NCBI GenBank assembly: GCA_016209715.1
Contig: JACQVP010000014.1
Location: forward strand, 1 to 58,993
DNA length: 58,993 bases
Source of the DNA: Candidatus Omnitrophota bacterium
GTDB lineage: Bacteria; Omnitrophota; Omnitrophia; Omnitrophales; Omnitrophaceae
Direction: 5' to 3'
Part shown: positions 51,708-58,993 of the stretch, piece after piece
Numbering within the stretch: position 1 is the stretch's first letter
How the letters are laid out: every line of letters begins with the position of its first letter
Notes under the pieces: model-generated
What the model was told of the DNA's origin: nothing
The model's database searches: none
Seen by the model: only the letters and a program-made list of their open reading frames with translations
Program-made: the position numbers and the translations under genes

Positions 51708-51736
51708 TATATAGAACACAAAAAAATAGCTGTCAA
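51708..51736 (-). promoter_or_regulatory. Near-consensus sigma70 promoter TTGACA-17 nt-TATATA upstream of the malic enzyme gene
   Basis: Read directly on the minus strand: TTGACAGCTATTTTTTTGTGTTCTATATA. It lies about 37 nt before the ATG at 51671. Confidence 0.6.
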
Positions 51737-51739
51737 CGT

Positions 51740-52084
51740 TTATTCCTTCCCCAAGCTCTCCAGCAGTTTTTCGCTCTTCCTCAATTTTTTCCGTAAAATC
51801 TCGGCGATGGGCCGCAAGACCTTGAAAATGTCGTGATCATGAATGCCGTAAAAAACGGTCGTCTTTTCCTGCCGGGCGCTCAAAATGCCGAGTTCGCGCA
51901 GGGTGGCCAAATGGCGGGAAAGATTCGATTGTTCGACGCCGAGGGCGCTCACGATCTTGCCCACGCTGGCTTCCCCGTCCTTGAGGTATTCGATGACCTG
52001 CAAACGGACGGGGTGTCCGAGGACCTTCAGAAAATCGGCCTTGATCTTGAAGATCATGTCCTGCATTTGTCTTTTCTCGTGCAT
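51740..52084 (-). CDS. ArsR/SmtB-family transcriptional regulator
   Basis: LGHPVRLQVIEYLKDGEASVGKIVSALGVEQSNLSRHL winged HTH. The start is trimmed to the ATG at 52084; the longer track ORF runs into the tRNA. Confidence 0.8.
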   Translation of the reverse strand: MHEKRQMQDMIFKIKADFLKVLGHPVRLQVIEYLKDGEASVGKIVSALGVEQSNLSRHLATLRELGILSARQEKTTVFYGIHDHDIFKVLRPIAEILRKKLRKSEKLLESLGKE

Positions 52085-52097
52085 ATGGCCTCCCAAA

Positions 52098-52172
52098 TCG
52101 GGGCGAGAGGATTCGAACCTCCGACATCTTGCTCCCAAAGCAAGCGCTCTAGCCAGGCTGAGCTACGCCCCG
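52098..52172 (-). tRNA. tRNA-Pro (anticodon UGG)
   Basis: The minus strand CGGGGCGTAGCTCAGCCTGGCTAGAGCGCTTGCTTTGGGAGCAAGATGTCGGAGGTTCGAATCCTCTCGCCCCGA folds as a cloverleaf with anticodon loop TTTGGGA, GTTCGAATC T-loop and no encoded CCA. Confidence 0.9.
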
Positions 52173-52297
52173 TCATTCCCTGTGCCTTGCGGGCACGCCC
52201 CGCTTGCAGCCGCGATTTTAACGAACCGGCCGCGGCCCGTCAATGCCCTAAGTTTGACACCGGTCGGTATTTATGATAGAGATATGCCCTCATTGAC

Positions 52298-52834
52298 ATG
52301 TTCAATACCCTGCGGAAGCATTCCAAAACCGTCATCTGGCTCATCATCATCGCCTTCATCTTGTGGGGGGCTTCCAGCCTGCTCGTGAGCCAGAACCGCA
52401 GCACGAGTTATGCCGGCGAAGTCTTCGGCCGCAAGGTTTCGTACAAAGAATATAACGATATTTCGAAAATGCTGAGCGTCTTCAAGCCCCCGCTCGAGAC
52501 GTCGCAGACCGGAACGGCCTCGGACGACGAGATTTGGCTTTACATCGCCCTCAAGCGGGAGGCCGAACAAACTAAAATTCCGGCGGACGATGAGTCCGTG
52601 AGGCTCGAAATCCAGAAGATGTTCGGGATGAATGAACTCTTCGATCCTCGCCGGTACGAAGAATGGGTGCGGGACGTGCTCAAAGAAAACCCCCGCAATT
52701 TCGAAGAGCTGGTCCGGACCCAAATCCGGATCCGTAAACTGATCCAGTCCGTGGCGCCTCAAAACGCCGAAAATCCCGCTTTTCAGGAATGGGTCACCGC
52801 GCTCTTGCGGCGCGCCAGGATCAAAAAGTACTGA
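52298..52834 (+). CDS. SurA-N/PpiD-like membrane-anchored chaperone fragment
   Basis: MFNTLRKHSKTVIWLIIIAFILWG N-terminal anchor typical of PpiD-like proteins; 178 aa and no PPIase domain. Confidence 0.5.
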   Translation: MFNTLRKHSKTVIWLIIIAFILWGASSLLVSQNRSTSYAGEVFGRKVSYKEYNDISKMLSVFKPPLETSQTGTASDDEIWLYIALKREAEQTKIPADDESVRLEIQKMFGMNELFDPRRYEEWVRDVLKENPRNFEELVRTQIRIRKLIQSVAPQNAENPAFQEWVTALLRRARIKKY

Positions 52835-53290
52835 TCACTTCTTTCCCAAAAGGGCCTTCACTTCCTGCATGAAGTGGTTCAGGTCCTTGAATTCGCGATA
52901 GACCGATGCGAACCGCACGTAGGCCACCTGGTCGATCCTGGACAGTTTCTCCATGATAAACTCCCCGATTTCCGCCGAGCGAATTTCCCTCAAATCCTTT
53001 TCATCGAGGAGCTTCTCGAGGTCGTCGGCAATGGATTGCTGCTGTTCGATGGAGACCGGCCTTTTTTCGCAGGCCTTCATGATGCCCTGCAGGGCCTTGT
53101 TGCGCTCATAAGGCTCCCGCCTCTGGTCTTTTTTGACCACCAGAAGCGGAATTTCCTCGACCTTCTCGTAGGTGGTGAAACGGCGTCCGCAGGGGTCGCA
53201 TTGGCGGCGCCGGCGGATCACCGCCCCCTCGTTCGAGGCGCGGGAATCGATGACTTTGGTGTCTTCAAACTTGCAATAAGGGCAGCGCAT
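52835..53290 (-). CDS. nrdR: Transcriptional repressor NrdR
   Basis: MRCPYCKFEDTKVIDSR...CDPCGRRFTTYE zinc ribbon plus an ATP-cone. Confidence 0.9.
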   Translation of the reverse strand: MRCPYCKFEDTKVIDSRASNEGAVIRRRRQCDPCGRRFTTYEKVEEIPLLVVKKDQRREPYERNKALQGIMKACEKRPVSIEQQQSIADDLEKLLDEKDLREIRSAEIGEFIMEKLSRIDQVAYVRFASVYREFKDLNHFMQEVKALLGKK

Positions 53291-53951
53291 GTTGGAGAAT
53301 CGCTTTCTTCAGTCTTTGGGCGGAGGCATACGGGTCATCGCATCTGAACACGGCGCGGACCACGGCGACGCGCCGGGCGCCCGCCTCCAGAACCTGAGGC
53401 AAGTTGTCCGCGTCGATGCCTCCGATGGCGACGAAAGGTACTTTGATTTTACGCGATACTTCGCGCACGAGGTCCAGGCCCACGGGTTCGTATGACGGCT
53501 TGGTGGGCGTCGAAAAAACCGGCCCCACACCGATGTAATCCGCTCCTTCTTCGGCCGCCCGCAGCGCCTGTCCCAAGCTGTGGGTCGATTTGCCGATGAT
53601 CTTCGACCGGTCCCGGAGGATCTTGCGGGCCACGGCAACGGGCAAATCATCCTGTCCCAGATGGACGCCGTCCGCGCCCAGGGCGATCGCGAGATCGAGG
53701 CGGTCGTTGACGATGAAAATTCGCCGGTGCTTTGCCGTCAAGCGCCGCAATTTCGACCCCACGCGCAGGAGCTCCGCGTCGCTCAATGATTTCGAGCGGA
53801 GCTGCAGGACATCGACCCCGCCCCGGAGGGCCTTTTCCGCCCGCGCAAGAAAACCCGCGTCCGGTTCGCGGAGGTCCGTGACGGCGTACAGTCTAAAATT
53901 TTTCAGCAAACCTTTTTTCCAGCTCATAAAGGGAAAAACGCAAGTTTTCAA
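53265..53951 (-). CDS. thiE: Thiamine-phosphate synthase
   Basis: RLYAVTD, VLQLRSK, IVNDRLDLA, GVHLGQDD and VAIGGI blocks. Confidence 0.85.
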   Translation of the reverse strand: MKTCVFPFMSWKKGLLKNFRLYAVTDLREPDAGFLARAEKALRGGVDVLQLRSKSLSDAELLRVGSKLRRLTAKHRRIFIVNDRLDLAIALGADGVHLGQDDLPVAVARKILRDRSKIIGKSTHSLGQALRAAEEGADYIGVGPVFSTPTKPSYEPVGLDLVREVSRKIKVPFVAIGGIDADNLPQVLEAGARRVAVVRAVFRCDDPYASAQRLKKAILQHALPLLQV

Positions 53952-54306
53952 ACTCGGACGCCCGGGCAGGATAAACCGCGCGCGTCACTTCTTCCAGCAC
54001 CCGGACCGCCTCCTGGGCGCGCTTGACGTTCGCCTCGAAAATATCCGGAGCGCCGGGCCGTTTCTTGTCATTCAGGCTTCGCTCGCGGCCCACGTCGCGC
54101 GCCGTGTCCCGCGCGGCCACTATCTTAGCATAGGGAACGGGCAGGCCTAAAAGGATTCGCGTGAGCCGGTGGCGCAGTTGCTTGGCCCGGAGAGTGCCGC
54201 GGGAATCGTTGAAGGCGAATCTCAGGATGTCCTCGCAGACGCGAAGGGCCTCCTTGGCGCGGTTATAATTGGAATCCATGATCCGCAAATAGGCCTTGCG
54301 CCACAT
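53893..54306 (-). CDS. ThiE-associated N-terminal-domain-like protein (free-standing)
   Basis: RIMDSNYNRAKEALRVCEDILRF resembles the LDANLNRAREGLRV domain that is fused to ThiE in other bacteria (from memory). It overlaps the thiE start in another frame. Confidence 0.45.
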   Translation of the reverse strand: MWRKAYLRIMDSNYNRAKEALRVCEDILRFAFNDSRGTLRAKQLRHRLTRILLGLPVPYAKIVAARDTARDVGRERSLNDKKRPGAPDIFEANVKRAQEAVRVLEEVTRAVYPARASEFENLRFSLYELEKRFAEKF

Positions 54307-54779
54307 CACCGGGCCCGCGACTTCTGGAGGATCCCGGTGGTGGAACGCCCCGGCCGGAGCGGGATGCGGACGACCTTGCCGCCGTAGGACTCCACGAAGG
54401 TCCGTCCCACGATGTCCTCGAGCCGGTAATCCGCCCCTTTGACCAGCGCGTCCGGACGGATGCGCCGGATGAGTTTGAGCGGGGTCGCGTCGCCGAAGAG
54501 CGTGACCGCGTCCACGCTGCAAAGCTCGCTCAGAATCTCGGCGCGGTCGCTCTGGCTGTTCACGGGGCGCCCTTTGCCTTTCAAGGCCCGCACCGAACGG
54601 TCGGTATTCATCCCGACCACGAGCAGGTCGCCGAATTTTTTCGCTTTGCGGAGGTAGTCGACGTGCCCGTAATGGAGGATATCGAAACAGCCGTTGGTGA
54701 AAACGATCTTCTTCCCCGCCCGGCGGGCTTTCTGGACGAAAGCCAGCAACGCGGCCGGAGATTTCACTTTGGGGTTCAT
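54306..54779 (-). CDS. D-beta-D-heptose 1-phosphate adenylyltransferase (RfaE domain II)
   Basis: IVFTNGCFDILHYGHVDYL cytidylyltransferase HxGH motif. The start is trimmed to the ATG at 54779. Confidence 0.85.
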   Translation of the reverse strand: MNPKVKSPAALLAFVQKARRAGKKIVFTNGCFDILHYGHVDYLRKAKKFGDLLVVGMNTDRSVRALKGKGRPVNSQSDRAEILSELCSVDAVTLFGDATPLKLIRRIRPDALVKGADYRLEDIVGRTFVESYGGKVVRIPLRPGRSTTGILQKSRAR

Positions 54780-55342
54780 CAGCCGGCGGGGGATTCGTCG
54801 ATCATCTCGCACAAGGCGTGCAACGCCACGAGATGGACTTCCTGGATGTGGCTGGTGACGTCGGAAGGGACGCAAAAACAGTGGTCCGCAAGCTCTTTCA
54901 AGGCTCCGCCTTTGGCGCCCGTGAAACCGATGGTCGTCACCCCGGCGCGGCGGGCCTCCCGGCACGCCTCGAGGCAGTTCTTGGAATTGCCGCTGGTCGA
55001 AAGAAGAAAGAGGACATCGCCGGCCTCTCCCAGGGCCTCGACCTGACGGGCAAAAACGCGGTCGTAGGAATAGTCGTTGGCGATGGAGGTCAGAATGGAA
55101 GTGTCGGTGGTGAAGGAAATGGCGGCCAGACCTTTCCTTTCCTTCTTGAAACGGCCCACGAATTCGGCCGCGATGTGCTGAGCTTCGGCCGCGCTCCCGC
55201 CGTTTCCGCAAAACAGGATCTTTTTACCGGCCTTGAGGGCCTGGGAGCATATCCCGGCAAATTGCGCGATCTGGTCCTGGCACTTCCGGTTCCGGGCGGT
55301 CTCTTCGAGTACGGTCAAGGCCCCTTGTAAGATAGGGTTCAT
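54779..55342 (-). CDS. gmhA: Phosphoheptose isomerase (SIS domain)
   Basis: ILFCGNGGSAAEAQHIAAEF and LLSTSGNSKN blocks. Confidence 0.85.
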   Translation of the reverse strand: MNPILQGALTVLEETARNRKCQDQIAQFAGICSQALKAGKKILFCGNGGSAAEAQHIAAEFVGRFKKERKGLAAISFTTDTSILTSIANDYSYDRVFARQVEALGEAGDVLFLLSTSGNSKNCLEACREARRAGVTTIGFTGAKGGALKELADHCFCVPSDVTSHIQEVHLVALHALCEMIDESPAG

Positions 55343-56370
55343 CCAAAAAAGACCTTGGCCATCTCGTACATTTCCTTCGGCACGAGCTTCAGCGCGCCCA
55401 CCGCATTGGCCAAGTCCACAGAGACGATGTTGTTGCCCTGCAGGCTCACCATTTGGCCGAACCTTCCCTCTTTCACCAGATCCACCGCCTTGACGCCGAA
55501 TCGGGTGCCCAGGATACGGTCAAACGCCGTGGGGCTGCCGCCGCGCTGGATGTGCCCCAAGACGGTGACGCGCGTTTCGTAACCGGTTTTCTTCTCGATC
55601 AATTTCGCCAGCGCGCTGCCGATCCCGCCCAGTTTGACATGCCCGAACTCGTCGAGCTTCTCTTCCTGCGTGATTTCCTGCTCGGAGAGTTTGGCGCCCT
55701 CGGCCACCGCGACGATACTGAACGTCTTGCCGCGCTCGTGGCGCTTCTTGATGAGCGCGCAGACCTCGTTCAAGTCGATGGGAAATTCCGGAATCAGGAT
55801 GATGTCCGCGCCGCCGGCCAGCCCGGACTGCAAAGCGATCCATCCGGCGTGCCGTCCCATGATCTCGACCACGATCACGCGGTTGTGGGATTCCGCCGTG
55901 GTGTGCAAGCGGTCGATGCATTCGGTGGCGATGTTCAAGGCGGTGTCAAAACCGAAAGTGAAGTCCGTGCAGGAAAGATCGTTGTCGATGGTCTTCGGGA
56001 TCCCGATCACCTTGACGCCTTCTTTGTAAAGTTTGGAAGCCACGCCCAGCGTGTCCTCTCCGCCCACCGCGATCAGGGCGTGGAGGTCATTGACGGCGAT
56101 GGTCTGCTTGACTTTTTCGACGTCGCCCTGCTTCTTGTAAGGGTTCGTGCGGGAAGTCCCGAGGATCGTTCCGCCGCGCGGCAGGATCCCCGACACGGCC
56201 TTCGAATCCAGCACCACCCGGTCATTGTCGACGAGCCCCTTCCAGCCGTTCCGGAAACCGAGGACCTGCCAGTTCTCGAGGATGGCCTTTTTCACGACCG
56301 CGCGGATCACGGGGTTCAAACCGGGGCAATCGCCTCCTCCCGTCATGATACCTATTTTAGGATTAGACAT
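55339..56370 (-). CDS. pfk: 6-phosphofructokinase (ATP- or PPi-dependent; GGEDT / PKTIDND variant)
   Basis: IGIMTGGGDCPGLN, AVGGEDTLGVA, IGIPKTIDNDL and MGRHAGW. The Lys in PKTIDND leaves the phosphoryl donor ambiguous. Confidence 0.9.
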   Translation of the reverse strand: MSNPKIGIMTGGGDCPGLNPVIRAVVKKAILENWQVLGFRNGWKGLVDNDRVVLDSKAVSGILPRGGTILGTSRTNPYKKQGDVEKVKQTIAVNDLHALIAVGGEDTLGVASKLYKEGVKVIGIPKTIDNDLSCTDFTFGFDTALNIATECIDRLHTTAESHNRVIVVEIMGRHAGWIALQSGLAGGADIILIPEFPIDLNEVCALIKKRHERGKTFSIVAVAEGAKLSEQEITQEEKLDEFGHVKLGGIGSALAKLIEKKTGYETRVTVLGHIQRGGSPTAFDRILGTRFGVKAVDLVKEGRFGQMVSLQGNNIVSVDLANAVGALKLVPKEMYEMAKVFFG

Positions 56371-56427
56371 TTTTCCTTCTTCCTTCCCTTCTTTGTCAAT
56401 GAACTCAAATCAGGTTAACGCCATCCA

Positions 56428-57015
56428 CTACAAAACCGCTTTCGAGGAAGAAACCGCCGGCGGTGAAACGAGTTCGTCTTCCACTTTGTGTTCTTCCACT
56501 TTCACGACCTCCGCCTTGATCTCGATCGGATATTCCATTCCGAGCACCCGCGCCAGTTTCTGACGGATATCGTCCTGGACTTCGCGGACCAGGTCCGGAA
56601 TGTTGAGCGCGGACCAGAGGGTCAAGCGGATCACGATCTCGAGTTCGCCGTCCTGCAAACGGCGCTTGATCTTGCAGTCTTTGATCACCAAAAATTTCTT
56701 GAGGGCCTTCCGGACGATGTCCTCGATGGCGTCCAGAGACACGGTGATGCGGCCGAGCTCGCTCTGGAAGACGACGGAATCTTCCGCCCGGTTCCGCGCG
56801 ATCAGCATCTTGGCGAATACCAGCCCCACGGTGATAAAAAGAAATCCGGTGACCAGGATCTGCATCGAGTCCCAAAAACCGGCATACATTTGGTCAATGG
56901 CCAGATAAACGTCTTCGACGGGCACGATCCGGAGGGCCATGATCACCAGCAGGCTTCCCACCGTCAAATAGACCAGGACCGAAAAAGCGTACACAAAGAA
57001 TTGGACAACTTTCAT
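56428..57015 (-). CDS. AmaP/Asp23-like membrane-anchored stress protein
   Basis: Two N-terminal TM helices followed by an Asp23-like soluble part (GRITVSLDAIEDIVRKA...ELEIVIRL). Family assignment is from memory. Confidence 0.45.
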   Translation of the reverse strand: MKVVQFFVYAFSVLVYLTVGSLLVIMALRIVPVEDVYLAIDQMYAGFWDSMQILVTGFLFITVGLVFAKMLIARNRAEDSVVFQSELGRITVSLDAIEDIVRKALKKFLVIKDCKIKRRLQDGELEIVIRLTLWSALNIPDLVREVQDDIRQKLARVLGMEYPIEIKAEVVKVEEHKVEDELVSPPAVSSSKAVL

Positions 57016-57019
57016 AAGG

Positions 57020-58378
57020 TTACTCCTCTTCGACTTTGCCGGTTTGAAACAGCTTGTCGATAAAAAGGGTCGTGTTTTTTCCTTTGAGAAACGCGGGATT
57101 CGTCATGATCCTCTTGTGCAAAGGAATAGTGGTCTTGACCGGGCTGATCTCGGTCTCGTCCAAGACGCGCTGCATCGTGGCGATGGCCTCCTGCCGGTTA
57201 CGGCCCCAGGTGATCATCTTGGCGATCATGGAATCGTAAAACGGCGGGATCTCATAGCCCGCGTAGGCGTGGGAATCCACCCGGACATGGGGGCCGGCGC
57301 CGAAGGTGATCTTATCGATCCGGCCCGGAGATGGCATGAAATTGTTGTCGGGATCTTCGGCGTTGATGCGGCATTCGATGGCCGCGCCGTTGCACTTCAC
57401 GGTGTCCTGGGTCACGGACAACTTTTCCCCCTGCGCGATCCGAATTTGTTCTTTCACGATGTCCACACCCGTCACGATTTCGGTCACGGGATGCTCCACC
57501 TGCAGTCGGGTGTTCATTTCCATAAAATAGAACCTTTCTTCATCATCGACCAGAAATTCCACCGTGCCGACGTTTTCATAGTTGACGGCCTTGGCCGCCC
57601 GCACCGCCGCTTCTCCCATTTTGCGGCGCAATTTCTCCGAAATCATCGCCGGGGCTTCCTCCAGGAGCTTCTGATGCCGCCGCTGGATCGAGCAATCGCG
57701 CTCGCCCAAATGGATCACGTGTCCGAAAGAGTCCGCCATGATCTGGACTTCGATGTGGCGGGGCCCTTTCACGTACTTTTCCATGTACACTTCCGGGTTC
57801 CCGAAAGCCGCGTCGGCCTCCGTGCGGGCGGTCAAAAACGCGCTGACCAAAGTCCCGTCGTTATGGGCGATCTTCATTCCCTTTCCGCCGCCGCCGGCCT
57901 TGGCCTTGATGATGACCGGATAAGTGAGCTTTTTCGCCACACGGAGCGCTTCTTCCTGGTCCTTCAGGACCCCCTTGCTTCCCGGGATCAAAGGCAAACC
58001 CGCTTTCCTCATGGTGTCCCGGGCCAGGGATTTGTCGCCCATCAGCCGGATCGCCTCGGGTTTCGGCCCGATGAATTTGATTTCGCAAGACTCGCAGATT
58101 TCCGCAAAATGGGGATTCTCGGCCAGGAACCCGAACCCCGGATGGATGGCCTCGACGTCCGCGATCTCGGCGGCGCTGATGATGCTCGGAATATTCAAAT
58201 AGCTGTCGGCCGATCTGGCCTCGCCGATGCAAATGGCATCGTTTGCCAATTTTACATGCAGCGAATCGCGGTCGGCCTTGGAATAGACCGCGATGGTCTG
58301 GATGCCCAATTCCTTGCAGGCCCGGATGATCCTGACCGCAATTTCGCCGCGGTTGGCGATTAAAATCTTGCTAAACAA
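57020..58378 (-). CDS. accC: Acetyl-CoA carboxylase biotin carboxylase subunit
   Basis: [33 protein letters not shown] and [14 protein letters not shown]. Confidence 0.95.
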   Translation of the reverse strand: MFSKILIANRGEIAVRIIRACKELGIQTIAVYSKADRDSLHVKLANDAICIGEARSADSYLNIPSIISAAEIADVEAIHPGFGFLAENPHFAEICESCEIKFIGPKPEAIRLMGDKSLARDTMRKAGLPLIPGSKGVLKDQEEALRVAKKLTYPVIIKAKAGGGGKGMKIAHNDGTLVSAFLTARTEADAAFGNPEVYMEKYVKGPRHIEVQIMADSFGHVIHLGERDCSIQRRHQKLLEEAPAMISEKLRRKMGEAAVRAAKAVNYENVGTVEFLVDDEERFYFMEMNTRLQVEHPVTEIVTGVDIVKEQIRIAQGEKLSVTQDTVKCNGAAIECRINAEDPDNNFMPSPGRIDKITFGAGPHVRVDSHAYAGYEIPPFYDSMIAKMITWGRNRQEAIATMQRVLDETEISPVKTTIPLHKRIMTNPAFLKGKNTTLFIDKLFQTGKVEEE

Positions 58379-58381
58379 CGG

Positions 58382-58840
58382 TCAGGATTTCTCGATTTTG
58401 AACAAAGGTTGATCGAACTCAATGGGTTGGCCGTTCGTCACCAGGATGTCCACGACTTTCCCGTTGATTTCCGATTTGATCTCGTTCATGAGCTTCATGG
58501 CCTCAATGATGCAGAGAACGTCGCCTTCCTTAACCACATGCCCTTTGGTCACATAGGGATCCTGGTCCGGGGCGGGGGCGCCGTAAAACGTGCCCACCAT
58601 GGGAGAGCGCACGAAAACAATACGATCATTGCCGGCTTCCTGCCGGGGAAGCGCTCCGGCGCCTGTTTCAGGCGCGGAAACGGCGGGTATGAAGCGGGCG
58701 TGGGAGATCTCTTCCTTGGGGGCGTAACCGGCGGTATCCTTTTTCAAGCGGATGCGTTCGCCTTCCTTTTCAATCTCCAGCTCGACCAGGTCGTGCTCTT
58801 TCATGAGATTGATCATTTCTTTCAACTCTTTTAGATGCAT
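58382..58840 (-). CDS. accB: Biotin carboxyl carrier protein
   Basis: CIIEAMKLMNEI biotinylation motif and a Pro/Ala linker. Confidence 0.9.
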   Translation of the reverse strand: MHLKELKEMINLMKEHDLVELEIEKEGERIRLKKDTAGYAPKEEISHARFIPAVSAPETGAGALPRQEAGNDRIVFVRSPMVGTFYGAPAPDQDPYVTKGHVVKEGDVLCIIEAMKLMNEIKSEINGKVVDILVTNGQPIEFDQPLFKIEKS

Positions 58841-58870
58841 ATTATTAGATCCTGTGTGGAAATTCCTGTA

Positions 58871-58899
58871 ATTCTACCGGAAAGCAAAATGGCTGTCAA
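58871..58899 (-). promoter_or_regulatory. Near-consensus sigma70 promoter TTGACA-17 nt-TAGAAT upstream of accB
   Basis: Read directly on the minus strand: TTGACAGCCATTTTGCTTTCCGGTAGAAT. It lies about 30 nt before the ATG at 58840. Confidence 0.6.
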
Positions 58900-58993
58900 T
58901 CAAAGAAGGGGGTTTTTATTTACAAGTCTTTACAAATCAGATATTTATGACGATTTTGACCGGATTACTCCTGCCAATGCCTTCAACCCCAGC

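Noticed and set aside
52098-52172. tRNA-Pro as an integration site of a genomic island
   Set aside because: There is no integrase, no direct repeat of the tRNA 3' end and no mobility gene on either side in the window. The flanking genes are housekeeping.
52254-52282. Possible sigma70 promoter TTGACA-17 nt-TAGAGA (with an upstream TG) for the PpiD-like gene
   Set aside because: The -10 lacks the invariant final T, and the implied leader is only a few nucleotides long. It may be real, but the evidence is weak.

Overview
This is a GC-rich bacterial chromosomal segment. Almost every gene is on the minus strand, in tightly coupled operons with many ATGA start/stop overlaps. No transposase, integrase or CRISPR array is visible.

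Gene content, left to right:
1. A molybdenum-cofactor operon (moaA, moaC-mog fusion, TSUP permease, moeA, moaD, moaE, mobA). It ends in a 3-gene block (hemerythrin, ThiH-like radical SAM, DGC protein) bracketed by inverted copies of a double-hairpin repeat.
2. A Tat-exported, periplasmic NXR/NarGH-like type II DMSO-reductase operon: hemerythrin, an unlisted 53-aa tatA, a dihaem-c/EB_dh gamma fusion, a 1145-aa alpha, an 89-aa ORF, beta, a TorD-like chaperone, a 311-aa unknown and a NapF-like ferredoxin.
3. bioB-like, SPL-like and FAD-oxidoreductase genes, followed by a CRP-type regulator.
4. An extracellular-electron-transfer-like island: ccsBA, a 716-aa beta-barrel with a heptahaem lipoprotein behind a good sigma54 promoter, a haem-c sensor kinase with an NtrC-type regulator, a CbcL-like 11-haem/cytochrome b fusion, an ImcH-like cytochrome and a tetrahaem cytochrome.
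5. On the plus strand, a 2436-aa protein with three exported beta-sandwich-like repeats, about 20 TM helices and a tandem GH94-like phosphorylase region. I see no room in it for a conventional glycosyltransferase domain.
6. A six-gene Ehr-type (complex I / group-4-hydrogenase-like) module whose large subunit has lost all four NiFe cysteines.
7. Housekeeping genes: ino1, malic enzyme, arsR, tRNA-Pro, nrdR, thiE, rfaE2, gmhA, pfk, accBC.

Regulatory reading: four yGTGA-N6-TCACw sites each lie 21 nt upstream of a TAnnnT hexamer. They sit in front of the moa, NXR-like, bioB-like and imcH-cbcL operons. The locally encoded regulator has a CRP-like RETVAR recognition helix, which matches this site type.

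All calls rest on reading the sequence and on motif memory. No database search was run.
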